This document shows, in pieces, positions 10,101 to 21,369 of a stretch of DNA of 63,554 nucleotides (position 1 is its first letter; every line of letters starts with the position of its first letter). Origin of the DNA: Chrysemys picta bellii (taxonomy: Eukaryota); NCBI RefSeq assembly GCF_011386835.1, contig NC_088810.1:930447-994000 (forward strand). The letters run 5' to 3'. The position numbers were made by a program, and so were the translations under genes. The notes under the pieces are model-generated. The model was not told the DNA's origin. It ran no database searches and saw nothing but the letters and a program-made list of their open reading frames with translations.

Positions 10101-13100
10101 GACGAAGTGGGGGATTTTCTTAGTGTTTTGCATGAACACTGTGTGTGCCTCAGTTTCCCCATGTGCTGTGTGTGTAACGAGGTGGGGGAAGGGGTTTGTA
10201 ATTGCAGGGGACCAGGTGTGACCTCGCCTAGCAGCCGGGACCCCGGACACCGGCCTGGAGATTGGGGACCCAGCGACTGGTGACCGGGGGGCCCAGCCCA
10301 GCTCGGGAGCAGCCGGTTCTGGCCAGTGGGGGGTCAATGGGCTGAGGAGAGGGGGGCCCGGGGACCTGACCAGCCGGGTCCAGCCAGGGGGGAACAAAGG
10401 ACGGCAGAGAGAGGCCCAGCGGCCTGTTCACCTGGGACTGAAGACAAAGGGCGGAGGAGGGGCGGGTGGGGGAGGGGATTTAGGGGGCTGGGCTGGAAGG
10501 AGGGGGTGGGGTGGGGCTGGGCTGGGGACAAGGAGCAGCCGGACCCATGGGGACGGGACAGACCCAACTGGCCGGGGCTGAGACTGGCCAGGCCTGAGGG
10601 CCCTGAGAACTGCCTGGGCTGGGTCCAGACGCTCAATACATCTCCTGTGTGACGCTGGCAGAGTCCCTGAAGCTACAGATCGGGGGGGCGTTGCTCCCTC
10701 TGGGGGCGGGGGCCCCGGGGACCCAGAGCGAGGGGACTCCCCGAGGGGCCCACGGCAGAGCCAGGCTGCTGGGGGCTCAGGGGGGCGGTCCCAGGGGGCG
10801 GGGGCCCTGCGGCGCAGAGGAGCCGGGGGGGCAGAGCCAGGGGGTCACTCACGTTGCTGTGGGGCGCGGGGCTCTGGCAGGCATCCAGACACCAGGAGCA
10901 CTCGGGGTCCTTCCCACAGGTGCTGCTCTCAGAGTACATGGAGCAGTAATCCAGGTGGTACTGGGGGGAGGGGGGCAGGGCAGTGAGGGAGGGGCTGCCC
11001 CCCAACAGCCCCCCAACCTGCAGCAAGGGATCCCCCTCCCCCGCCCCAGCCACAAACCCGACCCCTCTTCCCCCACCAGCCAGAGACAACCCCCCCAACT
11101 CCACACCCGAGAGCCCGCTGGCTGTCTCCCCACATCGAGGCAGCAATCACCCAGGTGGGGGGACGAGGGGGAGTTAATGGGCCCCAGGCAGCTCCCCTGC
11201 AAGCCAGAGCCTCCTTGTCCCCCCAGCCAGAACCCCGCAAGCCAGATCCCCTCCACGGGCCGGAAAAGGGGGGGGGTCACTGATCTGCTCCTGTGAGCTC
11301 CCAGAGCGCGGAGGGGAAGCCGGGGGTACTGGGGGGCAGCAGGGGGTGGGGGGCCTGGCAGAGGTTAGGGTCCCTGTGGCGGAGGGGGCGCTGGGGGGAG
11401 TGGCAGGGCCCCGGGGGTCACTTACGTTCTGGGCGGGCACCTGGAAGACGAAGGTGGGCACCTTGTAGGCCACGAGGTCCCCGCGGGGGGCCCCGCTGAA
11501 CCCCCCGGCCACCAGCAGCACGTTGTCCTGCAGCACGGCCGCCACGTGGGAATAGCGCCCCCCGGCCGCCCGCCCGGCCCGCTCTGCCAAGAGGGGAGCA
11601 TCAGGCAGCACCGGGACCCACTGGCCCCCCGGCCGCCGGGCGTCCTCCCAACCCCTCCATCCGCCAGGGTGCCCCCCCCCCGCCAGCCACTGGGGAGTTG
11701 CCCATGCCCCTTCCTCCATCTCTTGGGGCATCCCCTCACCCTCGCCCCGCCCCTGTCCACCAGGGCTCCCCCCCACGACCGCCCCTCCCCATCCTCACCC
11801 CTGCTCCCCCATCTCCTGGGGCATCCCCCCTCCCCCCACACCTGCCCCTCTTGCTCCCTAGGGTACCCGAGCCCCTCACCATGGGGCAGGCTTCGTGCCA
11901 GCGCCTGGCCGGGCACCCACTGGTGGCAGCCCAGGTGGTAGAAGAAAAGTTCGTCCTCGTAGCACTTCTCCTCATGGTAGTGAATGTGCACGTTACCCCC
12001 TGTGGGCGAGAGGGGTCAGACTGGGGGGCAGCACAGCCGAGGGGGGACGGGGGGGTCAGACCCGGGGGGGGGGGGGGTGACGTTATGAGTGTAATATAAC
12101 AGCTCATTGAAGGTGACAGGGCCAGAAAGAGTTAATTAACTCACAGACTGACCTGACCCAGGGCCGAACTTTAGAGACTGGTTAGGAAGATCTGTAACTG
12201 AACAGAGCTGGGAAATGCAAGTCTGCATTGTTAGCGGTAGAAGGGAGATGTTTGCTCAGGGCTTGTGATGGGAGCAAACAAGTCTTGTCTATTGCTACAG
12301 CGTTGATTCAAAGATCAAAAAGGGAATATTAACAGTTAGGGAGACACTTGAGGTCTCTATGTCTCTTTGAAGGTTGTGGTGACCTGTGTCTGAACTGTTC
12401 AATGGATAAATGACCCTGTGCTAATTGCCAGGATGTTTGGGAGAAGGAGAGTTAGGCCTATTGTTTTCTCAGGCCGAAAGGCTGCTGGAAATGTATAAAA
12501 ACCCTGGGCCACGATCCTGCTTCATCTCAGATCTGCTTTGGGTTTCAAGAGGGGGAAACCTTAAGTCACAAGGATTGAGATCCCCAGTCACTGACTGGAG
12601 CCGCCTGAATATGGACATGGGACTATAACCTCTGGACTATTTCTAAAGGGACTTTTGGCAACTACAGGCTCATCTCTGCTGTGTCTGAACCTCAAGCATT
12701 GAATTCACGTCTGTCTGTATATTGATCTTTTAACCAACACTCCCTCTCTCTCTCTCTCTCTTTTCTTTTTTAATGAATTTCAGCTTAGTTCATAAGAATT
12801 GGCTATAGCGAGTATTTTGGGTAAGATCTAAGTTGTAATTGGACCTGCATATGTGGCTGATCCTTTGGGGTTGGAAGAGCCTTTTCTTTTATATGATGAG
12901 ATCAGATTGTCAGGAATCATCATCACATCTGACAGGTGTGTCTGGACGGAGGCGGGACGCTGGGCACTTTAAGGGAACTGCGTTGTTGGGACTTCTCAGT
13001 AACCAGGGAGGTAACACAGAAGCTGTTTTGTGCTGGTTGGTAAATCTAAGTATTGGAAACCCCCCCAGCGTTTGGGGTTTCTCTGCCCCGTTTTGTTTGC

Positions 13101-16100
13101 AGTTCACCCTGATTGAGTGACCTCAGCTGGCTCCAACGGGCAGCACCATCACAGTGGGTTAATTCTCACTCACCACAGACCCCACACGGGGGGCTGATGA
13201 TGAAGGAGGGAACAGGATGGGGGCGTGGGAGGTTCTGGGGGGGTGAGCACATAGGCACCAATGATGGGGTGTCACTCAGCGTACACTGCCACCTGGGCCC
13301 AGTGACATGGGGGGCCTTAAGGGGGGGCCAGTAGGGGCTCCCCAGCCCCTGTGGGGGCAGTCACCACAGGAGAGTCCTTGTAGGGGTGGGGGGTGGAAGG
13401 TCAGAGAGAGGGTCCCCAGAGTGGTCAGGGGGGTCCTGGCGGGGGGGAGCCAGGGGGGGTCCGAGGCGGATGAGGGGGGTCCCGGCGGGGGGGAGCCAGG
13501 GGGGCTCCCGGCGGGGGGGGGGTCCGAGGCGGATCAGGGAGGTCAGAGGGGGGTCCCGGCGGGGGGGAGCCAGGGGGGCTCCCGGCGGGGGGGGTCCGAG
13601 GCGGATCAGGGAGGTCAGAGGGGGGTCCCGGCGGGGCGCGGTCGCTCACCGTACACCACCATGTAGTTGCCCAGCAGACTGGCGCTGTGGAAGGCGCGCT
13701 CCCGGGGGCCGTGCTGGGGGTCGCGCCCGCGCAAGGGGCTCCAATGGCGCAGGTCCACGTGGAACAGGTCCGTACTGTTCACCCGCATGCTGAACCTGGG
13801 GGGGGACGAGTCAGCCGGGGAGCGTGACCCCCAGCCCCCCGCAGCGCTCAGCCACGCCCCTGCCTCTCCCTGGGCCCCTCAGCCACACACCCCACCTCTC
13901 CCTGGGCCCCCCAGGCCTCAGCCACACCCCCAGCCTCTCCTTGGGCCCCTCAGCCATGCCCCCCCAGCCTTTCCTTGGATCCTCCAGCCTCTCCCTGGCC
14001 CTCCCAGCCATGCCCCCCACCTCTCCCTGGCCCCCCCAGGCCTCAGCCACACCCCCAGCCTCTCCTTGGGCCCCTCAGGCACGCCCCCCCAGCCTTTCCT
14101 TGGGCCCTCCAGCCTCTCCCTGGGCCCCTCAGCCATGCCCCCCCGCCTTTCCTTGGGCCCTCCAGCCTCTCCCTGGGCCCCTCAGCCATGCCCCCCCAGC
14201 CTCTCCCTGGGCCCCCCAGGCCTCAGCCACACCCCCAGCCTCTCCCTGGGCCCCTCAGCCATGCCCCCCGCCTCTCCGTGGGCCCTCCAGCCTTTCCTTG
14301 GGCCACCCAGCCCTCAGCCACGCCCCGCAGCCCCGCTCACCGGGCTGTGGAGGGCCGGTGGCCCCCGTACACCAGCAGGGCGCGGGAAGGCGGGTGGAAG
14401 ACCATGGAGTGCCCGGCAGCAGCGGGCGCCTTCCCCCCGGCGGGCACCACGCGCTCCCACTGCCACCTCTCCAGATGGAAGCGGAACATCTGCGAGGAGA
14501 AGACGTCCACGGCTGTGCGGCCTGCGGGGGGGGGAGCAGGGATAGCGGGGATGGAACCCAGGTGTCCTGGCTCCAACCCCCACCGCATCCCCAGCTCTAA
14601 CTACTAGCCCCCACTCCAGTCCCAGAGCTGGGACACAGCCCAGGTGTCTGTGTGAGGAAATGGGAATGTTCTGAATACTGGGTGTGCCTCAGTTTCCCGT
14701 GTGTTACTCCAGTACCTAGGTGGGGGGGATCAGGGGGTGTGATCGCTGCAGAGACCCCTAGAGGGCAGGTGTGACGCCGACGGGCTGTCTGGGCACAGAG
14801 CCCGGCCAACACCCTGTATCCTTGCGACTGATGGCCGGAGCCCGTCGCCTGCAGGAGCCAGCCAGGGAGTTGGGGCCGCCCAGTCGACCTGCTGGCCCAG
14901 GACGGAGACAAAGGCCGAAGGAGGCGACAGGCGGGGCTGAGGCTGGGCTGCTGGTTTGGGACTCGGGGGGAGCCCAGGGCTCCCTGCGCTGACAAGCTCT
15001 GTTCTGCGATGGGTTCCCCACGACGACGACCAGGCGCAGAGCAGCCATTTCCACACCCTGGCTGAGCCCAGCGGCTCCCGCAGAGGTAGCAGAACCCATT
15101 GCAGTAACGGCTCCAGCGTACTCGGTGCGGAGACGTTCGTGGGCCCATCGCGGGAGCCGCTCGCACGCCGGGGCGGCCCTGATTTCCCATGTGTGCGTTA
15201 GACGCCCCCATCCCCCAGGGCTGGTTTGGATTCGGCTCAGAGGTCACCACGATGCCCCCAGAAGGTCAAACCCAGGAACCTTCTGCCTGGGACCCGGCAC
15301 AAGGTGCTTATTTGTTAAGTCTTGTTTAGCCCAGTCTGCTTCCCAGCCTCCTTCGGGTCGCAGCCGACTGCACGAGGCGCAACGGCCGTGCCCGAAAGGC
15401 TTGTGAGGCGTCAGACGGGGGGGGGACGTTATGAAGGTCTGCATGGATTGGAGACATCTGGATTCGCTGAGCTTCGTGGGATGTTGCTCGCCGACTCGGC
15501 AGGGGAGCGATGTTAGAGAGGATCAGTGTCCACAACTAATAACCTGTCTGGTCACACGCTGGCTGGGAGTCCCTGCTGGCTGGGGGGGGCCCTTTGGGGG
15601 CACGTGAGGCTCCCCGGGGGTCCCATCCAGGGGGACAAGCTGTGGGGAGATCCCAGGTTCACCAGGGGGCTGAACGCTCCGAGGTCGGACCCAGGAGGCC
15701 CCGAAGCCAAGCAGGCTTCTGGCCCTGGTGACAGGTGCCCTGTGGGGAGACGCTGCCCCAGAGCCCTGCCTAGCTTCACCCGGAGCCGTGCCAGAGCCCT
15801 CAGCCTGGGACCCCGGGACACCTGGCTCCCAGCCCCCCCGCTCTAACCCACCAGCCCCCACTCCCCTCCTGGAGGCAGGGAGGGAACCCAGGTGTCTTGG
15901 CTCCCAGCCCACGTCTCACCTCCAAAGACGTACAGCCACGTGTCGACCACGGCTGCGGCGTGGCTAGCCAGGCCGGGGGGCAGAGAGCCTGTGGCGTTGG
16001 GGGGGGCCAACTCCAGCCAGTACCCATCGTGGGGTTGGTACATCCAGACGTCGCTGGCCAGGAAGCCGTCGGCCAGCTCCCCGCCGCACAGCACCAGGCA

Positions 16101-19100
16101 GCCCTGCCAGGCCACGGCCACGTGGGAGTGACGGGCCGCCTGAAGGGGGAGAGGGGGTTAGTGCAGGGGGAGGGGACACACCACCGCAGGGGTGGGGGGG
16201 GCACAGTCTGTGGCTGATGGCCCTGCGCCAGCAGCCGCCCGGCCTGACGCACTTGCTACACCCCACGCTGGGCCGGGGGACGGAGCTCAGGACGTAGGAC
16301 GTGGTTTGAAACCTGCCACCAGCATCCCAGGGAGGCAGTTGAGAACACGCGGGAATGTGAAGCTGGTGGGGCTGCCCCGTCCCGAGGGCTCTGCCCTGCC
16401 ACTGTGCGGGGGGGCCATGACTAGCGTCTGTCTGACAAGGCGGGGGGGGGGGGGTGTCTGCCCTGGGGAAAGGACCCAGCCGGGGTGGCAGGGAACAGAG
16501 CCACAGAGCCAGCCAGCCGGAGAGAGATGCCGGGGCTGGCTCTGCCCTTTCTCGGATCCCCGCAGAGGGCTGAGCACGGAAACGCCCGGCGCGGCCCAGC
16601 GTGACTGTCCTGGAAAGCGAGCAGCACTCAGGTGCCGGCGTTACCGCTGCCTGAGGAGCTAGAGACGCACGGATGTTACGCTTCCCCCAGGCTGCCGGGA
16701 ACTGGGGCCGGCAGCCTGAGATCACCCGGCCTCGGGGACCAGGGTCACTGAGCCTTGGGGGAGACAAGCAAGGCGGGACGTCCCCTTTGGCCCCTGCACT
16801 GCACGGACGCCAGGGCCCAGAGCTCTGGCCAGCCGAGAATGGGGGGCAGCGTGGTGCATGCTGGGAGCTGTGCCCCTCGCAGGTGGGGGTCAGAGCCCTA
16901 GGGGGCGGCGCGGTGCATGCTGGGAGCTGGGCTCCCTGGGGGGCAGGGTCCAAGGAGGTGTGGGGGTCCTTCCGCCAAGGGGGGGGGCCGATGTCTGTGG
17001 AAAACGCCCGGCTTAGCAAGACTCTTGCGGAGGAGGAGGGGGGCCGGCGGCGTGTGGTGCGCGGGCAGAGCCGGCCGTGGCTGGGGAGCAGGCAGCAGGC
17101 GAGAGAACCCGGAGCCTGGCCTGCGCTGGAGCCCCTTTGACGCGGTTTCACTGAGCCCTTGTCTACACGACGCGGCGTAGCCGGGCTGGCAGACCGGGAG
17201 CTGGGCACGCTGCACGGCTGCTCTGCCGAGAAAATCGAACCCGCCCAGGGAGAGCACAGCAGAGCCACAAACATTCAGGACGCCCATGGGACTGGCCTCC
17301 CCCAGTATCCCACAATGCCCACCCTGACCGCTCTGCTCCGTTTGCAACTCGGTGCCCTGCAGACACACCCCCTCCCTGCACTCGGAGCCCCGGCCTGGAG
17401 AGCTCAGAGCCGCTGCGGGGGGCGCGCCGGGAGAACGCGGCGAAGCATGGATGTGGGATCCTGCTCTCCTGGCACAGCGGCGGGGCGAGACCACTGTGCT
17501 GGGGTGGGGGGGTCCCCCTCCCCAGGATTAGCTGTTCCGGCTGCTGTGTGACCGTACAGAGAGGGTGTGTCGAAACACTCGCCCCCAGACACACACACTC
17601 ACTCCCGTCTCACACGTCAGTTGACGATGCAGCCCGTGACGCTGGCCCTGCCCCATGAGGCTTTGCAGCCCCGCACCCCCACAAGCCCCTGCGGCCCATC
17701 GCACGGTGGGTAGGTCCCCGCCGGACTCTGCCGGCACAGAGAGCTCGTGGGGACGCAGCGTAACTTGTGAACCAAACTCTGCCGTGTAGACACGGCCCCG
17801 GGTTTGCCGTACCCGTCTGACCAGCCCCGCGCGCGGATCCGGGAACTCCCGGCTGAGCTGCCGGGGCCGGATTCACCCCAGCGCGCTGACACGCTGCGTC
17901 TCTGAGCCACACGGGAGTGGGCCGGGCAAGGCCGGGCGCACGCTGTGGGGGAGGGTGCTGGGCTGCCACTCGGCTGGGCCCAGCAGGGGGGGACATACCG
18001 GGGAGGAGGAGCACAGGAGGGGCACGGGGATGGACGTACAGGGGAGGAGGGGTGTGGGGGGGGCACAAGGAGGAGGCACGTACCGGGGAGGAGGAGCACA
18101 GGAGGGGCCCGGGGGGGACGTACCGGGGAGGAGGGGCACAGAGGGGGCCCGGGGGGGACGTACCGGGGAGGAGGGGCACAGAGGGGGCCCGGGGGGGGAC
18201 GTACCGGGGAGGAGGGGCACAGGGGAGGCCCCGGGGGGACGTACCGGGGACGAGGGGCACAGGAGGGGGCACAAGGGGGGGCACGTACCGGGGAGGGGCT
18301 CAGCACCCGGCGCTGCCATAGGTTGGAGGTGAAGTTGTAGATGACGAGGTCGCCCAGCGCCGTGTTCAGATCCAGCCCTTGGGGAGCAGAGCAGCTGTGA
18401 GGGGGGGCCCCAAACGCCTGCCTCACCCCCCTGCATCCCCCTTGCCACCCCTAGCCCACCTCCCCACAGCCCTCCTTCCCCCCCGTCCCCACCCCTACCC
18501 TGCCCCACCTCCCCTCAACCCCACTGCACCCCCCACCCACCCTGCCACCCTGCCCCCAACCCTACCCCAACTCCTCCCACCCTACCCCCCTGTACCCCGT
18601 CCCCACCCCTACCCTGCCCCACCTCCCCTCAGCCCCACTGCACCCCCCACCCACCCTGCCACCCTGCCCCCAACCCTACCCCAACTCCTCCCACCCTACC
18701 CCCCTGTACCCCCGTCCCCACCCCTACCCTGCCCCACTGCGTCCCCCACCCACCCTGCACCCCCCACTGTGCCCCAACCCCCGTGGCGGCGGTGTCTCTG
18801 ACCCCCGAAGATGTAGAACGCCCCGGTGGGGGGCAGGACGGCGCCAGCAGCAGCCGTGCGGGGCCGGAAGTGGGGATCCCCGGAGCTCACGTTGTACCAG
18901 CGCCCGGCACCCTGGTTCTCGCCCAGCGCCAGGTCACAGGCCTCGCCCACAAAGCCTGGCTGGCACCGGCACCGGTCAGACTCCTGCGGGGACAGACAGA
19001 CAGATGGACGGAGGGTCCCGGCTCGCAGACCCCCAGCCCCGGGTCCTGGCCCGTCCCTCCGGTCACAGGGGACAGGGAGCCGTGGGGGGAAAGTCTCCCT

Positions 19101-21333
19101 CACCTGGTGGTGGGGGCAGTGGGGCTCAGGGATCTAACATGGTCACAGGCCCCGTAGCCCAGGCAGTAGCCGTCGCAGTGGAGCTCAGGAGGGCAGTGGG
19201 GCTTGGGGGAGATCGGGGGGCAGTGGGGCTCGGGGGTCTCACCTGGTCACAGGCCCCGTGGCCCAGGCAGTAGCTGTCGCAGTGGGGCTCGGGGGAGGTC
19301 GGAGGGCTCGGGGGGCAGTGGGGCTCGGGGGAGATCGGGGGGCAGTGGGGCTCGGGGGAGGTCAGGGGGGCTCGGGGGGGGTCGGGGGGGATCAGGGGGG
19401 CAGTGGGGCTCGGGGAAGGTCGGAGGGGCAGGGGGGCTCGGGGGAGGTCAGGGGGGGCTCGGGGGAGGTCGGGGGCAGTGGGGCTCAGGGAAGGTCGGAG
19501 GGGCGGGGGGGCTCGGGGGAGGTCGGGGGCAGTGGGGCTTGGGGGAGGTCAGGGGGGCAGTGGGGCTCGGGGGTCTCACCTGGTCACAGGCCCCGTGGCC
19601 CAGGCAGTAGCTGTCGCAGTGGGGCTCGGGGGAGGTCGGAGGGCTCGGGGGGCAGTGGGGCTCGGGGGAGATCGGGGGGCAGTGGGGCTCGGGGGGGGTC
19701 GGGGGAGGTCGGGGGCAGTGGGGCTCGGGGGAGGTCAGGGGGGCTCGGGGGAGGTCGGGGGAGGTCAGGGGGGCAGTGGGGCTCAGGAATCTAACATGGT
19801 CACAGGCCCCGTAGCCCAGGCAGTAGCCGTCGCAGTGGAGCTCAGGAGGGCAGTGGGGCTCGGGGAAGGTCAGGGAGCAGTGGGGCTCGGGGGAGCAGTG
19901 GGGCTCGGGGAAGGTCAGGGGGCAGTGGGGCTCGGAGGAGCAGTGGGGCTCGGGGGTGGTCAGGGAGCAGTGGGGCTCGGGGGAGCAGTGGGGCTCGGGG
20001 AAGGTCAGGGAGCAGTGGGGCTCGGGGGAGCAGTGGGGCTCGGGGAAGGTCAGGGGGCAGTGGGGCTCGGGGGAGGTCGGGGGGCAGTGGGGCTCGGGGG
20101 GGTCGGGGGCAGTGGGGCTCGGGGGGGTCGGGGGCAGTGGGGCTCAGGGAAGGTCAGGGGGGCTCGGGGGAGGTCGGGGGGCAGTGAGACTCGGGAAGGT
20201 CAGGGGGGCTCGGGGGGGGTCGGGGGGGGGTCGGGGGAGGTTGGGGGGGGCAGTGGGGCTCGGGGGTGGTCAGGGGGGCTCGGGGGAGGTCGGGGGGGCA
20301 GTGGGGCTCGGGGGGGGGGTCAGGGAGCAGTGGGGCTTGGGGGAGGTCAGGGGGGCTCGGGGGGGGGTCGGGGGCAGTGGGGCTCGGGGGTCTCACCTGG
20401 TCACAGGCCCCGTGGCCCAGGCAGTAGCTGTCGCAGTGGGGCTCGGCGCAGTCGGGCCCCCCCCAGCCAGGCTGACACTGGCACTGGCCGTGGGGCTCGC
20501 AGGCGCCGTGGCCGGAGCAGCCGCGGGGGCAGAGCGAGACCCGGTAGCTGGCGTTGAAGCCCAGAAGGTTGTAGTTGGCGTCACTGAACAGGTGCAGCAG
20601 CATCTGGGGTGTGTGAGACGGGGTCAAAGAGACGGGCCCCCCCAACCCCACCTACCCCCCACAGCCCCCAGTCACCCCCCAACGCCCCACCTACCTCCCC
20701 ACAGCCCCCAGTCACCCCCCACTTACCCCCCCACAGCCCCCAATCACCCCCCACCTACCCCCAGTCACCCCCCACAGACCCAAGTCACTCCCCAACCTCC
20801 CACCTACCTCCCCACAGCCCCCAGTCACCCCCCACCTACCCCCAGTCACCCCCACCTACCCCCAGTCACTCCCCAACCTCCCACCTACCCCCCCACAACC
20901 CCCAGTAACTCCCCACCTACCCCCAGTCACCCCCCACAACCCACCTATCCCCCCACAGACCCCAGTCACCCCCAACCCCTCATCTACCCCCCCACAACCC
21001 CCAGTAAGCCCCATCTACCCCCCACAGCCCCCAGTAACCCCCCATCCTCCAAACTCTCCCCAGCCCCCCACTTTCCCAACAACCCCTCCCCACACTGACC
21101 CCACTACCCTCCCCCGGACTCTCCCCCCTTCTCACACCCTGCCCCGCCAGCCCCGGGGGGGGGGGTCACCTTGCCGGAGGTGGCCTCGAGGGGGGGGGGC
21201 AGGGTGCTGCCGCTCAAGCTGGCCAGCAGGGGGCAGCGCGGGGAGTCGCCGTCGTAGACGAAGAGGTAGTCGTAGGTGCACTCCGTGTCCATGAACAGGA
21301 AGGTCAGGAGCACCCGGTGCCGGCTGCTGGGGG
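1027..21333 (-). CDS. MEGF8: MEGF8 (multiple EGF-like domains 8), partial gene: 23 coding exons (inferred exons 2-24) encoding CUB, EGF, kelch, PSI and laminin-EGF regions; exon 1 not visible, 3' part lies beyond the left edge
   Basis: GT-AG bounded exons with matching phases. Peptides such as [53 protein letters not shown] and [22 protein letters not shown] match recalled human MEGF8 in the same order. Exons 16, 22 and 24 carry indels. Confidence 0.97.
1671..1893 (-). CDS. MEGF8: MEGF8 exon 23
   Basis: (R)[20 protein letters not shown]...[10 protein letters not shown]; ag/gtgagt; 223 bp, phase 2 to 0. Confidence 0.92.
2560..2930. repeat. G-rich minisatellite (about 42 bp units) in MEGF8 intron 22
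   Basis: gggggcaggaggaaggaggcgtctctgggggg repeated. Confidence 0.9.
2945..3155 (-). CDS. MEGF8: MEGF8 exon 22 (laminin-EGF), compensating -1/+1 indel pair
   Basis: [20 protein letters not shown]...[18 protein letters not shown]; the middle segment [10 protein letters not shown] is in another frame; 211 bp. Confidence 0.92.
3338..3534 (-). CDS. MEGF8: MEGF8 exon 21 (EGF)
   Basis: [25 protein letters not shown]...[25 protein letters not shown]; 197 bp, phases fit. Confidence 0.94.
3961..4209 (-). CDS. MEGF8: MEGF8 exon 20 (calcium-binding EGF)
   Basis: CLQGDFSG...[46 protein letters not shown]; 249 bp. Confidence 0.96.
4445..4558 (-). CDS. MEGF8: MEGF8 exon 19 (PSI)
   Basis: [39 protein letters not shown]; 114 bp. 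Confidence 0.95.
4699..4830 (-). CDS. MEGF8: MEGF8 exon 18 (PSI)
   Basis: [43 protein letters not shown]; 132 bp. Confidence 0.95.
4930..5490. repeat. C-rich minisatellite (about 60 bp, about 9 copies)
   Basis: ggcaccctgcccacacactgacc...ggtcctgccccccc repeated. Confidence 0.92.
5520..5638 (-). CDS. MEGF8: MEGF8 exon 17
   Basis: ctcag|[39 protein letters not shown]|gtgagt; 119 bp (my own translation, not in the ORF track). Confidence 0.93.
6196..6436 (-). CDS. MEGF8: MEGF8 exon 16 (PSI), frameshift in G-runs
   Basis: [33 protein letters not shown] in one frame, [22 protein letters not shown] in another; 241 bp between phase-0 junctions. Confidence 0.92.
7406..7606 (-). CDS. MEGF8: MEGF8 exon 15
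   Basis: [21 protein letters not shown]...[17 protein letters not shown]; 201 bp, phase 0/0; both junctions are duplicated in the flanking introns. Confidence 0.92.
7933..8124 (-). CDS. MEGF8: MEGF8 exon 14
   Basis: [29 protein letters not shown]...[10 protein letters not shown]; 192 bp. Confidence 0.94.
8505..8668 (-). CDS. MEGF8: MEGF8 exon 13
   Basis: (E)[29 protein letters not shown]...[21 protein letters not shown]; 164 bp. Confidence 0.94.
9484..9631 (-). CDS. MEGF8: MEGF8 exon 12 (PSI)
   Basis: [24 protein letters not shown]...[13 protein letters not shown]; 148 bp. Confidence 0.93.
9695..10078. repeat. Dispersed tandem repeat of about 62 bp (ggagagaacccaggagtcctggctcccagcccc...ctctaaccaccagcccccac); also at about 4600, 14560, 15820, 44680, 50080, 50540 and 54470-54895
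   Basis: Direct inspection of recurring units. Confidence 0.9.
10098..10677. mobile_element. Solo LTR-like element
   Basis: tgtgacgaagtggggga start; shares tgtgtgcctcagtttcccc with the elements at 10 and 14648; right end approximate. Confidence 0.55.
10853..10960 (-). CDS. MEGF8: MEGF8 exon 11 (PSI)
   Basis: [36 protein letters not shown]; 108 bp. Confidence 0.94.
11426..11583 (-). CDS. MEGF8: MEGF8 exon 10 (kelch)
   Basis: [45 protein letters not shown]; 158 bp. Confidence 0.94.
11880..11999 (-). CDS. MEGF8: MEGF8 exon 9 (kelch)
   Basis: [40 protein letters not shown]; 120 bp. Confidence 0.95.
12076..13153. mobile_element. Solo LTR-like element of about 1.1 kb in MEGF8 intron 8
   Basis: Abrupt AT-rich block in GC-rich DNA; gtgacgttatg start and catcaca end; no coding potential. 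Confidence 0.6.
13650..13795 (-). CDS. MEGF8: MEGF8 exon 8 (kelch)
   Basis: [48 protein letters not shown]; 146 bp (my own translation). Confidence 0.95.
13850..14330. repeat. C-rich minisatellite in MEGF8 intron 7
   Basis: cctcagccatgccccc...ctctccctgggccc repeated. Confidence 0.9.
14341..14521 (-). CDS. MEGF8: MEGF8 exon 7 (kelch)
   Basis: [60 protein letters not shown]; 181 bp. Confidence 0.95.
15920..16139 (-). CDS. MEGF8: MEGF8 exon 6 (kelch)
   Basis: [32 protein letters not shown]...[18 protein letters not shown]; 220 bp. Confidence 0.95.
17154..17798. mobile_element. PIF/Harbinger-type MITE
   Basis: Terminal inverted repeats ...cttgtctacac and gtgtagacacgg... Confidence 0.55.
17985..18290. 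repeat. Minisatellite (about 40 bp) containing copies of the MEGF8 exon 5 donor
   Basis: gtaccggggaggaggggcacagagggggcccgggggggac repeated. Confidence 0.92.
18289..18377 (-). CDS. MEGF8: MEGF8 exon 5
   Basis: (G)[29 protein letters not shown]; aag acceptor, gtacgt donor; 89 bp. Confidence 0.92.
18803..18983 (-). CDS. MEGF8: MEGF8 exon 4 (EGF to kelch)
   Basis: [33 protein letters not shown]...TGAFYIFG; 181 bp. Confidence 0.94.
19120..20396. repeat. G-rich minisatellite derived from the 3' end of MEGF8 exon 3
   Basis: cagtggggctcggggg core plus longer exon-tail copies. Confidence 0.92.
20397..20603 (-). CDS. MEGF8: MEGF8 exon 3 (CUB end and EGF)
   Basis: [35 protein letters not shown]...[14 protein letters not shown]; 207 bp. 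Confidence 0.96.
21170..21333 (-). CDS. MEGF8: MEGF8 exon 2 (CUB)
   Basis: (A)[54 protein letters not shown]; 164 bp. Confidence 0.96.
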
Positions 21334-21369
21334 CTGGGGAGACATGGGGGGGGTCAGACACGAGACCCC

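Noticed and set aside
15030-15540. CpG-rich insert with a [11 protein letters not shown] peptide
   Set aside because: No recognisable domain, splice pair or termini; probably an unclassified repeat.
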